Source: Pseudogymnoascus verrucosus (lineage: Eukaryota). Taken from it: a DNA stretch of 64,000 bases. A program made the position numbers and the translations under genes. The stretch lies in the NCBI GenBank assembly GCA_001662655.1, contig KV460208.1, one strand, 5' to 3'. Positions 1 to 11,157 of this stretch are shown piece by piece (position 1 is the first letter of the stretch; every line of letters begins with the position of its first letter). Under the pieces are notes generated by a model. It did no database searches and was not told the DNA's origin. It worked only from the letters and a program-made list of their open reading frames with translations.

Positions 1-1094
1 CTCCCCCTCTCACTCATACAAATCGTCTGCCCGAACCCAACCAGCAACCAATTAATCTCCGCCCACTTCTCCCTCGGCACCCACCCCTCCAGCCTCACCC
101 TCGTCTCCTCCGGCCCCTTCGTGCCCCCTCTCCCATGCCACCCCCACAGATTCGTAATCCGATGCACATGCACATCAACCCCTATCCCCTCCACCCGTCC
201 CCACGCAGCCGAGAGACACAAATACGCCATCTTCGGTCCCACCCCCGGCAACGCCATCAACCCCTCCGCCGTGTCCGGAATATCCCCCCCATGCTCATCC
301 CGCAGTATCTCCGCAGCTCCCTTAATATACCGCGTCTTATTATTATGGAACCCCACCGCCCAGATCAACTCATTCAGTCTCTCCGCAGGCACAGCGAGTA
401 TATTCTCCAAATTCAACCCCGGACTTCCCCCCGGTGTCGCAGAGGGCAGCTCATTGTAAAGCTTCTGCATCACAACGTAATTCGTCGTATCCTTCGTCTG
501 ACTCGACATCATCAGCGACACCAGCGTCTGGAACCGCTGGTCCCGCGGCGAGGCATCAGGTTGCGCGAGGGTATGGCACCCCATCGTGTCCACCGCTGCA
601 TCGGCCGCTACCCCACCTTCAGTCCGCATCTTCATAACGAGATCGTAGATGCGTTCCCAGTTCTCGGGACCTACCGCGGAGCCAGCGGTGGGCGGAGGGG
701 AGCGCTTAATCCGCTTCACAGGCTGCCTCCTTGCATTCCTCACCGGCGGGGTGACCGCGCGACTCGACGGCGCAGACGATAACTCCGAGTCCGACGCATC
801 TTCTTGCTTCCCTCTCCACGCCGCCTTATTACCCGCATCGTCCTCTTTCTTCACACCCCCACTTCCCGCAGCCGTAGCCACACCGGCCCGTTTCCTTTTC
901 CCTTCCCCACCGGCTGGGATCGCATCCTCGATATCCCCTCCCCCTCCTATCGACGTGCCCGTAGCAGACCCGGCATTGAGTGAGAACTGCGCGAGTGCGG
1001 AGCGCGTGAGGCGCGTGCTTCGGGGGGGGTGTGCCGCGGAGGTGGTGGCGTTGAGGGCACGGGTGGTGTCTTGGGAGATGCGGGAGGTGCGCAT
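1..1094 (-). CDS. NTH1: Endonuclease III-like DNA glycosylase/AP lyase (HhH-GPD); 3' end runs off the window
   Basis: Absent from the ORF track because it has no stop in the window. Manual translation from ATG 1094: MRTSRISQ...AVDTMGC...[16 protein letters not shown]...[12 protein letters not shown]...[20 protein letters not shown]...[17 protein letters not shown]...[13 protein letters not shown]. This includes the helix-hairpin-helix Lys and the VDVHV Asp motif. Confidence 0.95.
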   Translation of the reverse strand, partial: MRTSRISQDTTRALNATTSAAHPPRSTRLTRSALAQFSLNAGSATGTSIGGGGDIEDAIPAGGEGKRKRAGVATAAGSGGVKKEDDAGNKAAWRGKQEDASDSELSSAPSSRAVTPPVRNARRQPVKRIKRSPPPTAGSAVGPENWERIYDLVMKMRTEGGVAADAAVDTMGCHTLAQPDASPRDQRFQTLVSLMMSSQTKDTTNYVVMQKLYNELPSATPGGSPGLNLENILAVPAERLNELIWAVGFHNNKTRYIKGAAEILRDEHGGDIPDTAEGLMALPGVGPKMAYLCLSAAWGRVEGIGVDVHVHRITNLWGWHGRGGTKGPEETRVRLEGWVPREKWAEINWLLVGFGQTICMSERG

Positions 1095-1899
1095 TGTATG
1101 TTTGTAAGGGGTGTCGTGTGTGTATCGGTTTGTGTATAGCAGCCTCTCCAGGGCGCGCCTTCGGTGGTGTAGAGAATGTGGATGTCGAGGGCGAGGTGGT
1201 GAAGTTGGTGGCGGCTGCTGTGGTGGATGCCGCAGCACGCGCTGAGGTATGTGTGAGATCGGTATATTCTCAACTCCAATCCGATTATCCCGTACACAAA
1301 ACCCAGACTTTTCCCTGCGTAACCCTCCTTCCCTTACTTCTCCCTGGTGCTGTTGTTAGCTTGCTTGCAGGTTTGTTGCTGCTTCCCTTTGCTCCTGGTG
1401 CCTGGCGAGATACAGCACACCGCCTTACCGTATCTGGTTGGGCGATCTCGCTAATCGTTTAGAGGTTTAGGGGTGCAGGGTCGGCTGCCTTTGTTTCCCC
1501 GGATTCTTGGTAATGGGAGGGATAGGAAGGGTTGATGGGGGTAGGGGTCAAATGTTTGTATGTTTGTCATTTTTGTGGCAAGGGGTCGAAATAGGGTTGA
1601 AAGGCTGAAGGGACTTGGTGAAGGGATTTATTTACTTTGTTTAGGAGGCTAAATAGTAGGTGTATGGAAGATGTAATGTGAGATTGAGATTTGAGTATGG
1701 CTATTATTGACATGCGTATGTATGTGTATGAGTTGTTGCGAAATATATTATAATCGACCAGAATCCTGTGAGCCGTATGTTATCTAGAGGGCATCTTAAG
1801 CTAATGTGGCTATTGTATAAACATGAGGTACAATATATTTAAGTGGCGTCCCAGATTTCAACAAACTAAGCCGCCGCCATGCCTCTGACCCCTAAATGT

Positions 1900-2171
1900 G
1901 GAAAGAACGGTTACCAAGCAAAGCCTCTGTCGTTGCTTCCTCAATAAGTTTTAACCTCTAATTAGGGAAAGAACAATTACCAAGCAAAGCCTCAGTCGTA
2001 GCTTCCTCATATGTTTCAACTTCTAGATAGGGAAAGAACGATTACCAACCAAAAGCCAGTCGTAGCTTCCTCATAAGTTTTAACTTCTAAATAGGGAAAG
2101 AACAATTATCAAGCATGCAGCAGTCGCAGCTTCCTCAGAGCTTTCACGTTCGAGATATAGAAGGAATGATT
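1900..2171. repeat. Tandem array of ~65-bp units (4 full + 1 partial); same family as 30810-31080
   Basis: Units start near 1900, 1966, 2031, 2095 and 2160. Consensus GGAAAGAACRRTTACCAAGCAAAGCCTCAGTCGTAGCTTCCTC followed by an AT-rich tail. Confidence 0.95.
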
Positions 2172-2202
2172 GCTACTATTGCGCCCTCAGTCCAAGGCAG
2201 AC

Positions 2203-4092
2203 CTACTTCTTCTTCAAGTTCGTCCACCTCTCCTTCAACGCATGCGCCGCCGCCTTTGGCCTCCTATCCCTCGTAAACACACCCTTCTTATTCCCATCCA
2301 CGCGTCCCGTCCCAATAGTCGTCTGAAAGTCCGCGAAGTTCCACACATGCTCCCCAGCCATCGCCTTAATCGAGTCAAACACCTTATGATACATCCCGAG
2401 CATCGCCACCTGGTACTCCTCGCTCCACGGCAACCCGAGGACGGTGTGCAGCCCCGACACAGTGTCGGCGCCGTACTCGGTCATCACGATCGGCTTGTCG
2501 AACTTCTTGACCCATCCCTGCAACTCGGTAGTGAGCACGACCTCGGCCTCGGCAAGGTCGCCGGTCTCGGTGTACCACCCGTAGTACCGGTTGAGGCAGA
2601 GGACGTCGAAGAGGTCGGAGATCTTGTCCGTGAGGTAGGTCGCGAAGCCCACGTTAGCAAAAGTGATAGGTCTGCTTGAGTCGAGCGAGCGAGCGAGCGC
2701 AGCCAGGGGCTCGAAGTAGGCCCTCGCGCCCTTGTCGTCGGACGCGGGCTCGTTGGCGATGGACCACATGACGACGCTGGCGTGGTTCTTGTCTCTGTGG
2801 ATGAGCTCGCGGATGGCCTGCGCGTGCGCGGCTTGGGTCTTGTTGTTAATGAGGTCCGGGCCAAAGGTCACGCTGCCCGGGGTGCCCAAACCGAAGTTAA
2901 GTCCCACGGCGGGGGTTTCGTCAATGACCACGATGCCGCGGCGGTCAGCGTACTCCATCATCTCCTCGGTGTAGGGGTAGTGGGAGGTGCGGAAGGAGTT
3001 AGCGCCGATCCAGTTCAGAAGCTGGAAGTCGTGGACCATGTAGGCTTGATCGTGGCCTTTGCCGCGGACGTTGGTGTCCTCGTGCTTGCCGAAGCCAGTG
3101 AAGTAGAAGGGCTTGCCGTTGATGAGGAATTGGGTGTTCTTCACCACGATGGTGCGGATGCCGGTCGCGAGGTTGTAGGTGTCCAGGGTCTTCTTGGAAG
3201 AGTCAACGATGCTGGCGCGGAAGTTGTAGAGGTATGCTGCTCCGGGTTGCCAGAGCTTCACCGAGGGGATATTGATGGTTCCGGTAGCCCCTGAGCCTTC
3301 GGCAACGGTCTTCCCGCTCTCGTCGATGACAGCGATTTGGACCTTTCCAGTTGTCCCCTTAGCAACGGTGATGTTGTAGTTGATCATGCCGGTGTTTCCC
3401 TTATAATCCGTGACAACAGTGATGTCCTGGATATGCTGCTTAGGCACAGAGTACAGCCAGACCGAGCGAGCCAAGCCCGCATAGTTGTAAAAGTCATGAT
3501 AGTACTTCTGCGTTCTCTTTCCCGTCAACGCGCTTGTCAGCACCTTTCCAGGCGGAAGAGTCTCAAACGTGAGAATGTTGTTGACCGCGATGGTGAGACG
3601 GAACTGCTGGCCCGCAGTCACAAGATCGGTCACATCAGCCTCGAATGGAGTGTAACCGCCCACATGATGAGCGACGAGACGGTCATTGACATAGATCTGG
3701 CCTTCGTGGGTAGCGGATTCGGCGCGCACAAAGTACTGCTCTCCTGACCAGCCCTTGGGGACAATCACATCCCGCTGGTAGTAGACCCATCCGACATGGT
3801 CGTGGATCGCGCGGTCGACAAAGATGTCGTTGTAGGAAGCTGGGACCGGGCATTCGAGGTCGGTGACCAATGGTCCAGTCCAAGGCTGGGCGGTGCTGTT
3901 GGGGCTGGTTGCAACGGAGAATTTCCACAGTCCATCTAGGTTGACAAGATCTCTGGACAGCGAACGCTGTGGCTTGAGCATGGGGAGGGCGTTAAGAACG
4001 ACATCTCTGCTGGCGATCTGATTGTCATTTGTTGGAACCGCTAACGAAGACGGGATGATAGCCAGGAGCGAGAGCCTAGCGAGGAGTTTCAT
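2203..4092 (-). CDS. gusA: Secreted beta-glucuronidase, GH2, intronless
   Basis: 629-aa ORF with an N-terminal signal peptide. GH2/GUS motifs: GFGKHED, FRTSHYPY, WSIANEP (acid/base), NRYYGWY, MTEYGAD (nucleophile), WNFADF, and the GUS-specific GNKKG. Confidence 0.95.
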   Translation of the reverse strand: MKLLARLSLLAIIPSSLAVPTNDNQIASRDVVLNALPMLKPQRSLSRDLVNLDGLWKFSVATSPNSTAQPWTGPLVTDLECPVPASYNDIFVDRAIHDHVGWVYYQRDVIVPKGWSGEQYFVRAESATHEGQIYVNDRLVAHHVGGYTPFEADVTDLVTAGQQFRLTIAVNNILTFETLPPGKVLTSALTGKRTQKYYHDFYNYAGLARSVWLYSVPKQHIQDITVVTDYKGNTGMINYNITVAKGTTGKVQIAVIDESGKTVAEGSGATGTINIPSVKLWQPGAAYLYNFRASIVDSSKKTLDTYNLATGIRTIVVKNTQFLINGKPFYFTGFGKHEDTNVRGKGHDQAYMVHDFQLLNWIGANSFRTSHYPYTEEMMEYADRRGIVVIDETPAVGLNFGLGTPGSVTFGPDLINNKTQAAHAQAIRELIHRDKNHASVVMWSIANEPASDDKGARAYFEPLAALARSLDSSRPITFANVGFATYLTDKISDLFDVLCLNRYYGWYTETGDLAEAEVVLTTELQGWVKKFDKPIVMTEYGADTVSGLHTVLGLPWSEEYQVAMLGMYHKVFDSIKAMAGEHVWNFADFQTTIGTGRVDGNKKGVFTRDRRPKAAAHALKERWTNLKKK

Positions 4093-4188
4093 GATGCCTA
4101 TATTGTTCTTTCCGACGAGATGCTTGTGTGAGGCTGTTCAATAATCATCTTAGAAATGAGAAACTATGGAATACATATACTCACCCAA

Positions 4189-4350
4189 TCCAACATCGGC
4201 AATTGACTTCCACAGCCATCGATAACTAGTATTCTTGCACCTCTTAGGCAGAAACAAACAAACCATCTATCTCCAGCATCGGCAATTGACTCCCACACCC
4301 ATCGATACCTAGTATTCTTGCGCCTCCTACCCAGAAACAAACAAACCATC
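4189..4350. repeat. Two-copy 83-bp tandem duplication in the proximal glucuronidase promoter
   Basis: CATCGGCAATTGACT(T/C)CCACA(G/C)CCATCGATA...CAGAAACAAACAAACCATC starts at 4194 and again at 4277. Confidence 0.9.
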
Positions 4351-4399
4351 CCCCCAACGTCCTAGCCTCTCCAAATCTAAACCTATCAAATGACGCTCC

Positions 4400-5350
4400 C
4401 TTTGCGGGGGAGGGCAGGGGAGGGCCTTTGCAAGGATACCACTTCGCGGGGAAGCGTCCCACGACAGAGGTCAGCTCTCACCCTCACCAGCTCCAAAAAC
4501 GCGGGGAAAGCTGTCAGTAAACACCCACATTCCGCTCCTTGCGGTGAAAGATCCTCGCCATGTCGTCAACAACCCTCCCAGACGCCAAAACTGCGGGGGA
4601 GTTAGTACCAAAAGCCGATCCTAGCAGGTTCGGGCCCTGGGCCATACCGTAAACTCAATTGTCACAAGACGCCAAGATTACGGGGAAGAGCTGTCAATAG
4701 CCGCCGAAAGTCCCCCCCCCCCTCCCCCCGCCCCCCAACTTTGCGGGGAAAGAGGCACAGAATTGGAAGTTGGATTTATTAGCAAGGTCGGCTCTCACCC
4801 TCACAACAGACGCCAATATTGCGGAGAGAGAGCAGCAGCCGCCTGTCAATAGACACCCAGATTCCCCTCTTTGCGGGGGGGCAGGGTCGTTAACTCTCAC
4901 AGTCTGTCTCCAAAAGGGCGGGGGAGCCGTCAATGGGACACCAAATTCCGATCCTCCTCGCAGACGCCAAGAATACGGGGGGGGCTGTCAATAGCCATCA
5001 AAAGCCGCACCATGCCATGCCAGGGACGGCCTGGGCGTATCGTCAACCTGCCGCCAAGACTGCCGCCAAGAACGCGGGGAGGCTGCCAATATTCACCGAC
5101 CTCCCCCGAGTTTGCGGGGAAGGTCCTCGATGGGGTATATTACCAGAGTCGACACTCACCCTCGAATACAGGGAGCTATCCTGTCAATCATCCCCCATGG
5201 GGGAATCGCCAAGACACTCGGCAGTTCTCCAATGGCATTGTGCACATCTTTAAGAGTTAAAAAAAAACCCCAAGCCGGGTCGGGGGACGGAATCCGGGGA
5301 AGCTTGTGCTTGATTGACCCCCCTCTCGGATGCCAAGACAGCGGAAAGAC
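4400..5350. promoter_or_regulatory. Array of repeated CCAA-N4-RCGGRG(+CTGTCAAT) modules upstream of the glucuronidase; many CreA-type SYGGRG sites
   Basis: About 10 copies in the same orientation with fixed spacing (listed in findings). The regulatory role is inferred. Confidence 0.65.
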
Positions 5351-5574
5351 GATAGTAGCTTACCTCCCTCCAACGGGCAAATCCTACACCAATCGGAAGG
5401 TTTGTGGACGTTGTTTACAGAGCCGATGAAAAGCCGAGGAACGGGTGGTAATATAATTTCTTCCAAGGCATGTATAACATAGCTTGGGATCATCTATCCT
5501 CTTCTTCTACTTGCAGGACTGGCGGTCGGTGGCAGGGCAGGGCAGTGGTAGGTTCCTCTTCAACGACTAAGAAA

Positions 5575-5659
5575 ACGGCAGCTGGGCTGTCGAGAGAAAC
5601 TACTGCGTCGCTACGCATAGTAGCGACGCAGTAGTTTCTCTCGACAGCCCAGCTGCCGT
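5575..5659. repeat. Perfect inverted repeat, 40-bp arms, 5-nt loop
   Basis: 5575-5614 ACGGCAGCTGGGCTGTCGAGAGAAACTACTGCGTCGCTAC is the exact reverse complement of 5620-5659; the loop is GCATA. Confidence 0.97.
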
Positions 5660-5884
5660 CTCGAAACTTTGATCATTGGAAATCGAGGATTGGTATCATT
5701 AAGCTATGGAATTATGTCTTTTAATCATCTCTGCATCCCCATCATCGCGCCCATATACACTTCCCAGCACCGTATCGGCACATGAGACTCGCGCCCCTTC
5801 ATCCATCATACACATCATCCCACGTCCACATTAAACCCCTTTCCTTTCCCTCCCCCTTCCAGATCTCACAACCCCACGAGTTGT

Positions 5885-6691
5885 TTATCTCCTCTGGTAC
5901 CAACGTCTCCTGGCGGGCCTGCCTGGTCCATCAACAAAACCCGGCTCGGCCTTCCTTACTCCCCCGCGCTTCTTCTCCCTGCGTCCCGAGCAGCACGTAA
6001 GCAGCACCAACACCGTTCCAAGGAAGAGCACCACAAACGCGGCAAGCAGCGTCCAGATCCCCACCTCAAAGCTAGCATGGCTATTCCCATCATCATTGAC
6101 CTTCTTCTTGACGATTCCCCAGGCGACAAAATCCGTAATCAGCACGACGAGAGTAATCAACCACGCCACGGAGGAGATGAGCGCGGCGCATAGGGAGCCG
6201 AAGATGGAAGCACCCAGCGAGGCGAGGAAGGCGAGGAAGGCAAGACCGCATGCGACGGGGTGCAAGACCATGACGCGGGTGAGGGCGTCGGCGGTGTTCT
6301 TGGATGCCGAGCCGTAGTCGCCCGCGCCGAGGGTGTCGAGGAGGGGGACGGGGGAGTAGCCGATGCGGGCGTTTGTGCAGGTGTTTCCGGCGTCACTAGG
6401 AGGGAGGTTAGTTGTTTGCACGTGCTTTTGGTGGTGGGTGGGAGGTGTGGATCGGGGGGAGATTGCAGAGGTGATAGAAGGTGTGAAGAGATTTTGAGAA
6501 AAGGGATGAGAAACGTACCTTAGGATGCAGTACCCGAAGGTACCAAAGTTGACGGTGTCACCATTCTGGAGGTCGACGCGCAGGATGGCGAGGTTCTTGA
6601 TGACGGGGGCGGTGATGGTGGTGATGATGAGGAGGACGCAGGCTGCGAGGAGCAGGAACGAGCCCAGATGGTGGAAGAATCCGAGGACCAT
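5885..6691 (-). CDS. SUR7/PalI (Rim9)-family membrane protein
   Basis: Exons 6691-6519 and 6395-5885; in-frame 123-bp intron GTACGT..CTAAC..TAG. Motifs FGTFGYC and LTRVMVLHPVACGLAF, four hydrophobic helices, basic tail. Confidence 0.9.
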   Translation of the reverse strand: MVLGFFHHLGSFLLLAACVLLIITTITAPVIKNLAILRVDLQNGDTVNFGTFGYCILRYVSHPFSQNLFTPSITSAISPRSTPPTHHQKHVQTTNLPPSDAGNTCTNARIGYSPVPLLDTLGAGDYGSASKNTADALTRVMVLHPVACGLAFLAFLASLGASIFGSLCAALISSVAWLITLVVLITDFVAWGIVKKKVNDDGNSHASFEVGIWTLLAAFVVLFLGTVLVLLTCCSGRREKKRGGVRKAEPGFVDGPGRPARRRWYQRR

Positions 6692-9600
6692 GTTTGCGAT
6701 CTTGTCTCTTTTCTTCTTCTTTTTTTATTTATCAAATTTCCCTTGCACTCAGATCGATTGGATAGACGTTTGCTATCCTCGTATATTTATGATGCGTACA
6801 ATGGATGGCGAAGTTTGTTTGATTGATATACCAAACAAAAAACAATAAGAAGAAGCACAACTAAAACCAAGGGGGACCTGGACCCTTTATTCTTCTCGCC
6901 TCCCTTCCCTCCCTCCCTCCCATCCCCATCCCACAAGCGCAAGACCAGCCAGTCAGCAGAAAAAACAACAAACCAAAAACCAATAACGCCGCTACTCCCT
7001 ACCGCATCGAGCGGGTGCGCCGTCCGCCAGCTGTCAGAAGTTGGCACGGCCAAGCTGGAGAGGCCTGGGATCGACGTCAAGCTATCGGCATATCAAGGAT
7101 CAAGCTCGTGAACCTGTCTCACACGTCATCATACTGTGCCGGGGCCTCAGCCACAGCCACGCATCCCCTGGTCGGTAGGGGGTGGATTGGTGGATTGAAT
7201 GGTGGGTTAGGTGGTGGTTGGGTGGGTGGCTGATCGGGTTCAGTTCAGCTCGCACTACAGGTGGATGGGACGAGACTGGGCTGGCCGAGTACATACAAAC
7301 AGACGAATAAACAAACAAACCGACAGACAAAGCTCTCACCATTTCACAGCACAATGATGCCGTCAGATCTCAAATATTAGCATCTCACCGTCTGTGGCGT
7401 CTAATTTCACCCTCATCTCACGACCCTAACTAGCCTTCCAACTCATCCAACTTTACCTTACTTTCCTCTAACAATGGGAATCCGCCATGGGCAAATTTCA
7501 CAATTCCAAGACACACACCCCTGAAATCGACCCTCCAACCGCCAGGGTCCTCGCCTCGGTAGTGGCCTCTCGCCCTTTCCCTAGCGCCATTATCGCCTCG
7601 AATAGTGGATGATGACGTATCCACACACCGCGCCAAGCTGTGGCTCAGTCGTCGCGTCCTTGATTCCGCTTGTTTATTGCTTGTGCTTGTGCTTGTGTGG
7701 GCAGCTTGTTTTTTTGTCCCACCGCACGCACCTACGTTGGGAAGCTCCACAGGCGTGGCTGGGCTGGGCTGGGCTGCCGTGGTGGTCATAACGGCTGGAT
7801 GATCGATCTTGGTTGGGCAATGTGAGTGTGGTCGGCAGTGGGCAGGCAGACGTCAACTCGGACCGCGCATTTACATTACGCTAACTGTGGGCTTTTGTGT
7901 GGTGAGGGAGGGAGGGAGAGAGGATACGAGGAACGAGGGAGCTGGATTGGAGTCCAATGGGGGAAACGGGTAGTGTCTAAAATTAATCACAGGCAACGAC
8001 GAACGGACGGCAATGGACGGCTCACTCGGCAGTGCGGTGTGGAATGGCTTGGGATGGGCTTGTGGGTGCCGATTTTACAAGTTTTGTAGGGGATCGATCA
8101 GGTGCCGTGGTGTGTGTGGTGTGTATTTTTAACATAGTATGGTGAGTGGTGAGTGGTGATGGACAGACGAACGGCTCGAATGGCGCAGTTCATGACGACG
8201 ACGACGACAACCCTCACTGAGACACAAAACTAACTCCCTCAACTCGACATTGGGCTGCCTGCGGAGTGGGGGGGAGAGACGGGAGGAAGTCGTAGGAGGA
8301 GTTACGCGGTGATGGGCGTGGATGGTGAGTGGTGGTTTTGTGTGATTGTTCGAATCGTGGATCATTGGTGGTTTGTGCGATGTTCGATCGTGGATCGCAC
8401 AGTTTTTTGTGCGATGTTTAACCCGGCTGTGTGTTGCGCGTCTTGTGTCCCGTGATGGGATGATGGGGATGGAGGGACGGAGTGGGTGAGACATGATGGC
8501 GGTGGAGTGGGAGGGAGGAGTGGGAGAGGAGGTGAGGATGGAGTTGTACTCGTGGTGTGGTGCGCAAACATGCTCTTTCTCTCTCGCGCTCTCTCTCTCT
8601 CACACACCCTCACTCTCACTCTCACTAGATCCCTCCCTATCTCTCCTTCCTTTTCCTTCCTTCGCTCTCTTTCCTCGGCTACTACACTCTTACACCCCTT
8701 AACTCCCTCCCAGTCTCTCTCACGTGCAATGCAACCGGGAAAAGGCCACACAGTTCTTCCGTCCCATCTCACTTTCGTACGCACCCACGCACCCACGCAC
8801 CTACCACCCCCAACTCCCAACGCCAACCTCAACCTCGGCGTGTTTCATCCTCTCCTGTCATATCCCCTCCCTTCTCTGCCGCGCCACCAAACAAAAAAAA
8901 ACATCCCAGCACCATCCCGTCCCCTAAATCCCACCCACCCGAACCCCTAAGAAAAAAAGGAGGAGCACAGCAAGACGGATATAACACCCACATCAGGCAT
9001 CCGCTAGCAGACTTTTCGCCGGCTGTATACCTTGTCTTTGCAGCGACAGGGCATGGGGGGTTTTTAATAGAACGCGGTTGCATTTGTTTCATGGTATGGT
9101 ATGGGTTGTTGCTTGTTCTGGTTCCTGGGATTGTGGGATAGGGATTTAGAGTAGGGGAGTAGTGCCGTGCTGTGCCATGGCGCTGTTTTCGGCTTGTTTT
9201 TTTTCCGTGCGTGTGCATTGTCTAGGATGCGAGGGAGAAAAGGGGGAAAGAGAGGAGAGAATAGGACCGTTGGGGATGAGCATAACAAGGAGTGAAGCTT
9301 CAATCGGGCCACGATCGCGGTGTTTCTTATCACCGAATCGGTCCATCTCCTTCTTCCCCAGATAAACTCGCCGCGCCTCCCGCGTTACAGCTACAGCATG
9401 TGAGTAAGTGCTGACACTGACTGACAGTTCACGCCGTTATCTATCCTCCCTCGTGGCACCCCCGACTCAGTCCCCCTTTGCAGTGCAGTAGCTGCGTGGC
9501 AGGGTATGCACTCCTGCAGCAAGCACCCCTATCCAGGAATCAACCCCATCTGCTACCCCCTATCTCCCCATCCTTTCCATCCCTTCCGTATTGTACTGAC

Positions 9601-10834
9601 CTCCACCTCCTATCAATCCCTCCACCACCTCCCATCCGTACCATACCATACCATACCTCCACCTCCCATCTCCCCCCGCGGCGGGCGGCACAAACAACCT
9701 CCCCTCCTGAAACAACCGAGCCGATCCCGCCGCTGCCGGAATTTCTCGCCTCTCTTCTAGTTTACCAGCACCACCACATGCATGGTTGAGAATGGAAGCT
9801 CATCCATCCGCCGTTCACACAAGGTAATGATTTTCACGAGTAAGATACCGCGGTAGATGGACACTGTACTTCTACAAGAAGTTACCATGATCCCCACTCC
9901 ACGCCTCGCACCGCACCGCATGCGTACTGTACTGTACTGTACGTGCCGAGGGCCGTTTGTCCACGCTGCTTCCACGCGGGCGACACCACCAGCATGCAAT
10001 CGCGCGAGCAGCCCGGCGTCGTACATACACGGATGATGCCGGCCGAGGTGGTGGTGGTGATGGTGGGTGAGTGTAGAGGGGGGCGTACATACACGAGTGC
10101 ATACACCACAGCACTGTCGCACGATCGATCGAGCTCTCGAAACCAGGTCGTACAGGTACAGTAGTCTAGCACTGCGGTGTACGGGTAGCAGGTAAGTGTT
10201 GCTGCATGCGGAGAGGAGGACCCTTGTGGTATGCAGGATGATGGTCTAGGGTATGTGAGGGTGCTAGAGTCTGTCTGTAAAGTACTCTACAGCTGTAGTG
10301 CATGTGTGGAAAGTAGAGTAGAGTGCTAGAGCATGTAAAGTACTCTTCTCTGCATCTACAGTGCATTCAGTCCCCTACTCCTCTACGGGAGCCACTCCGT
10401 AATGAGCTTCAGCACCAGAGTGGGCAATCTATTCGCGGTGCGCCGTGGCGAGGGTGAGGGGCCAGGGGGGGAAGTGTAGCGACGGTCCTTAATTTTACTT
10501 TCTGCTCAAAAGCGTGCAGGGCGCACGCGGGTGGGGATGGATGGCAGTCTGATATCGGGCATGGGCTTAGTGGATTATACTGTACCTCTCTCTTTGCGCT
10601 GCAAACTGTACTTTTGCAAGAGAGTTGGTGCAAGCGTCGGTCGGTGTTCTTCGGTGAAGTGCAGAAGTGGATTCGCCGGCTTTGGTGTATGTGCGCACGC
10701 ACGAACACCAACACCACGCTTTCGGATAACGCCAATGCCGCCGGCGCGAACCCTTTGTACGCTCGCGGCCAAGCGGGAGTGCCAAGCATGCGCTGGTGAG
10801 GAGGTAGAGGAAGGTCTGTAACACGCCGACTGTC

Positions 10835-11038
10835 ACTAAGGGAGGGGACGTGCGGTGTCTGTTTTCGATTGTGGCATCTCCCATCTCCCATGTCTATATG
10901 TCTGTATGTCCGGTATGTAGGGTGTAGGGTATATAGACTAAGGGAGGGGACGTGCGGTGTCTGTTTTCGATTGTGGCATCTCCCATCTCCCATGTCTATA
11001 TGTCTGTATGTCCGGTATGTAGGGTGTAGGGTATATAG
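10835..11038. repeat. Exact 102-bp tandem duplication
   Basis: ACTAAGGGAGGGGACGTGCGG...GGGTATATAG at 10835-10936 and 10937-11038. Confidence 0.95.
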
Positions 11039-11107
11039 ATTATGTCGAGTACATCTCCTCCCCACCTGTATCCTTCGAGATCAGAAGTACCCATCAAAGG
11101 CGGCCAT

Positions 11108-11157
<50 letters not shown>
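11108..11157. repeat. (CAAG)n microsatellite, ~12 units
   Basis: Directly visible. Confidence 0.95.

Noticed and set aside
121..1107. Plus-strand ORFs of 112-215 aa
   Set aside because: Antisense shadows of the NTH1 coding sequence.
1900..2171. CRISPR array interpretation of the 65-bp repeats (also 30810-31080 and the 28-bp units at 49564-49675)
   Set aside because: Spacers are short, AT-rich and similar to each other rather than unique; repeats are degenerate; no cas genes; eukaryotic context.
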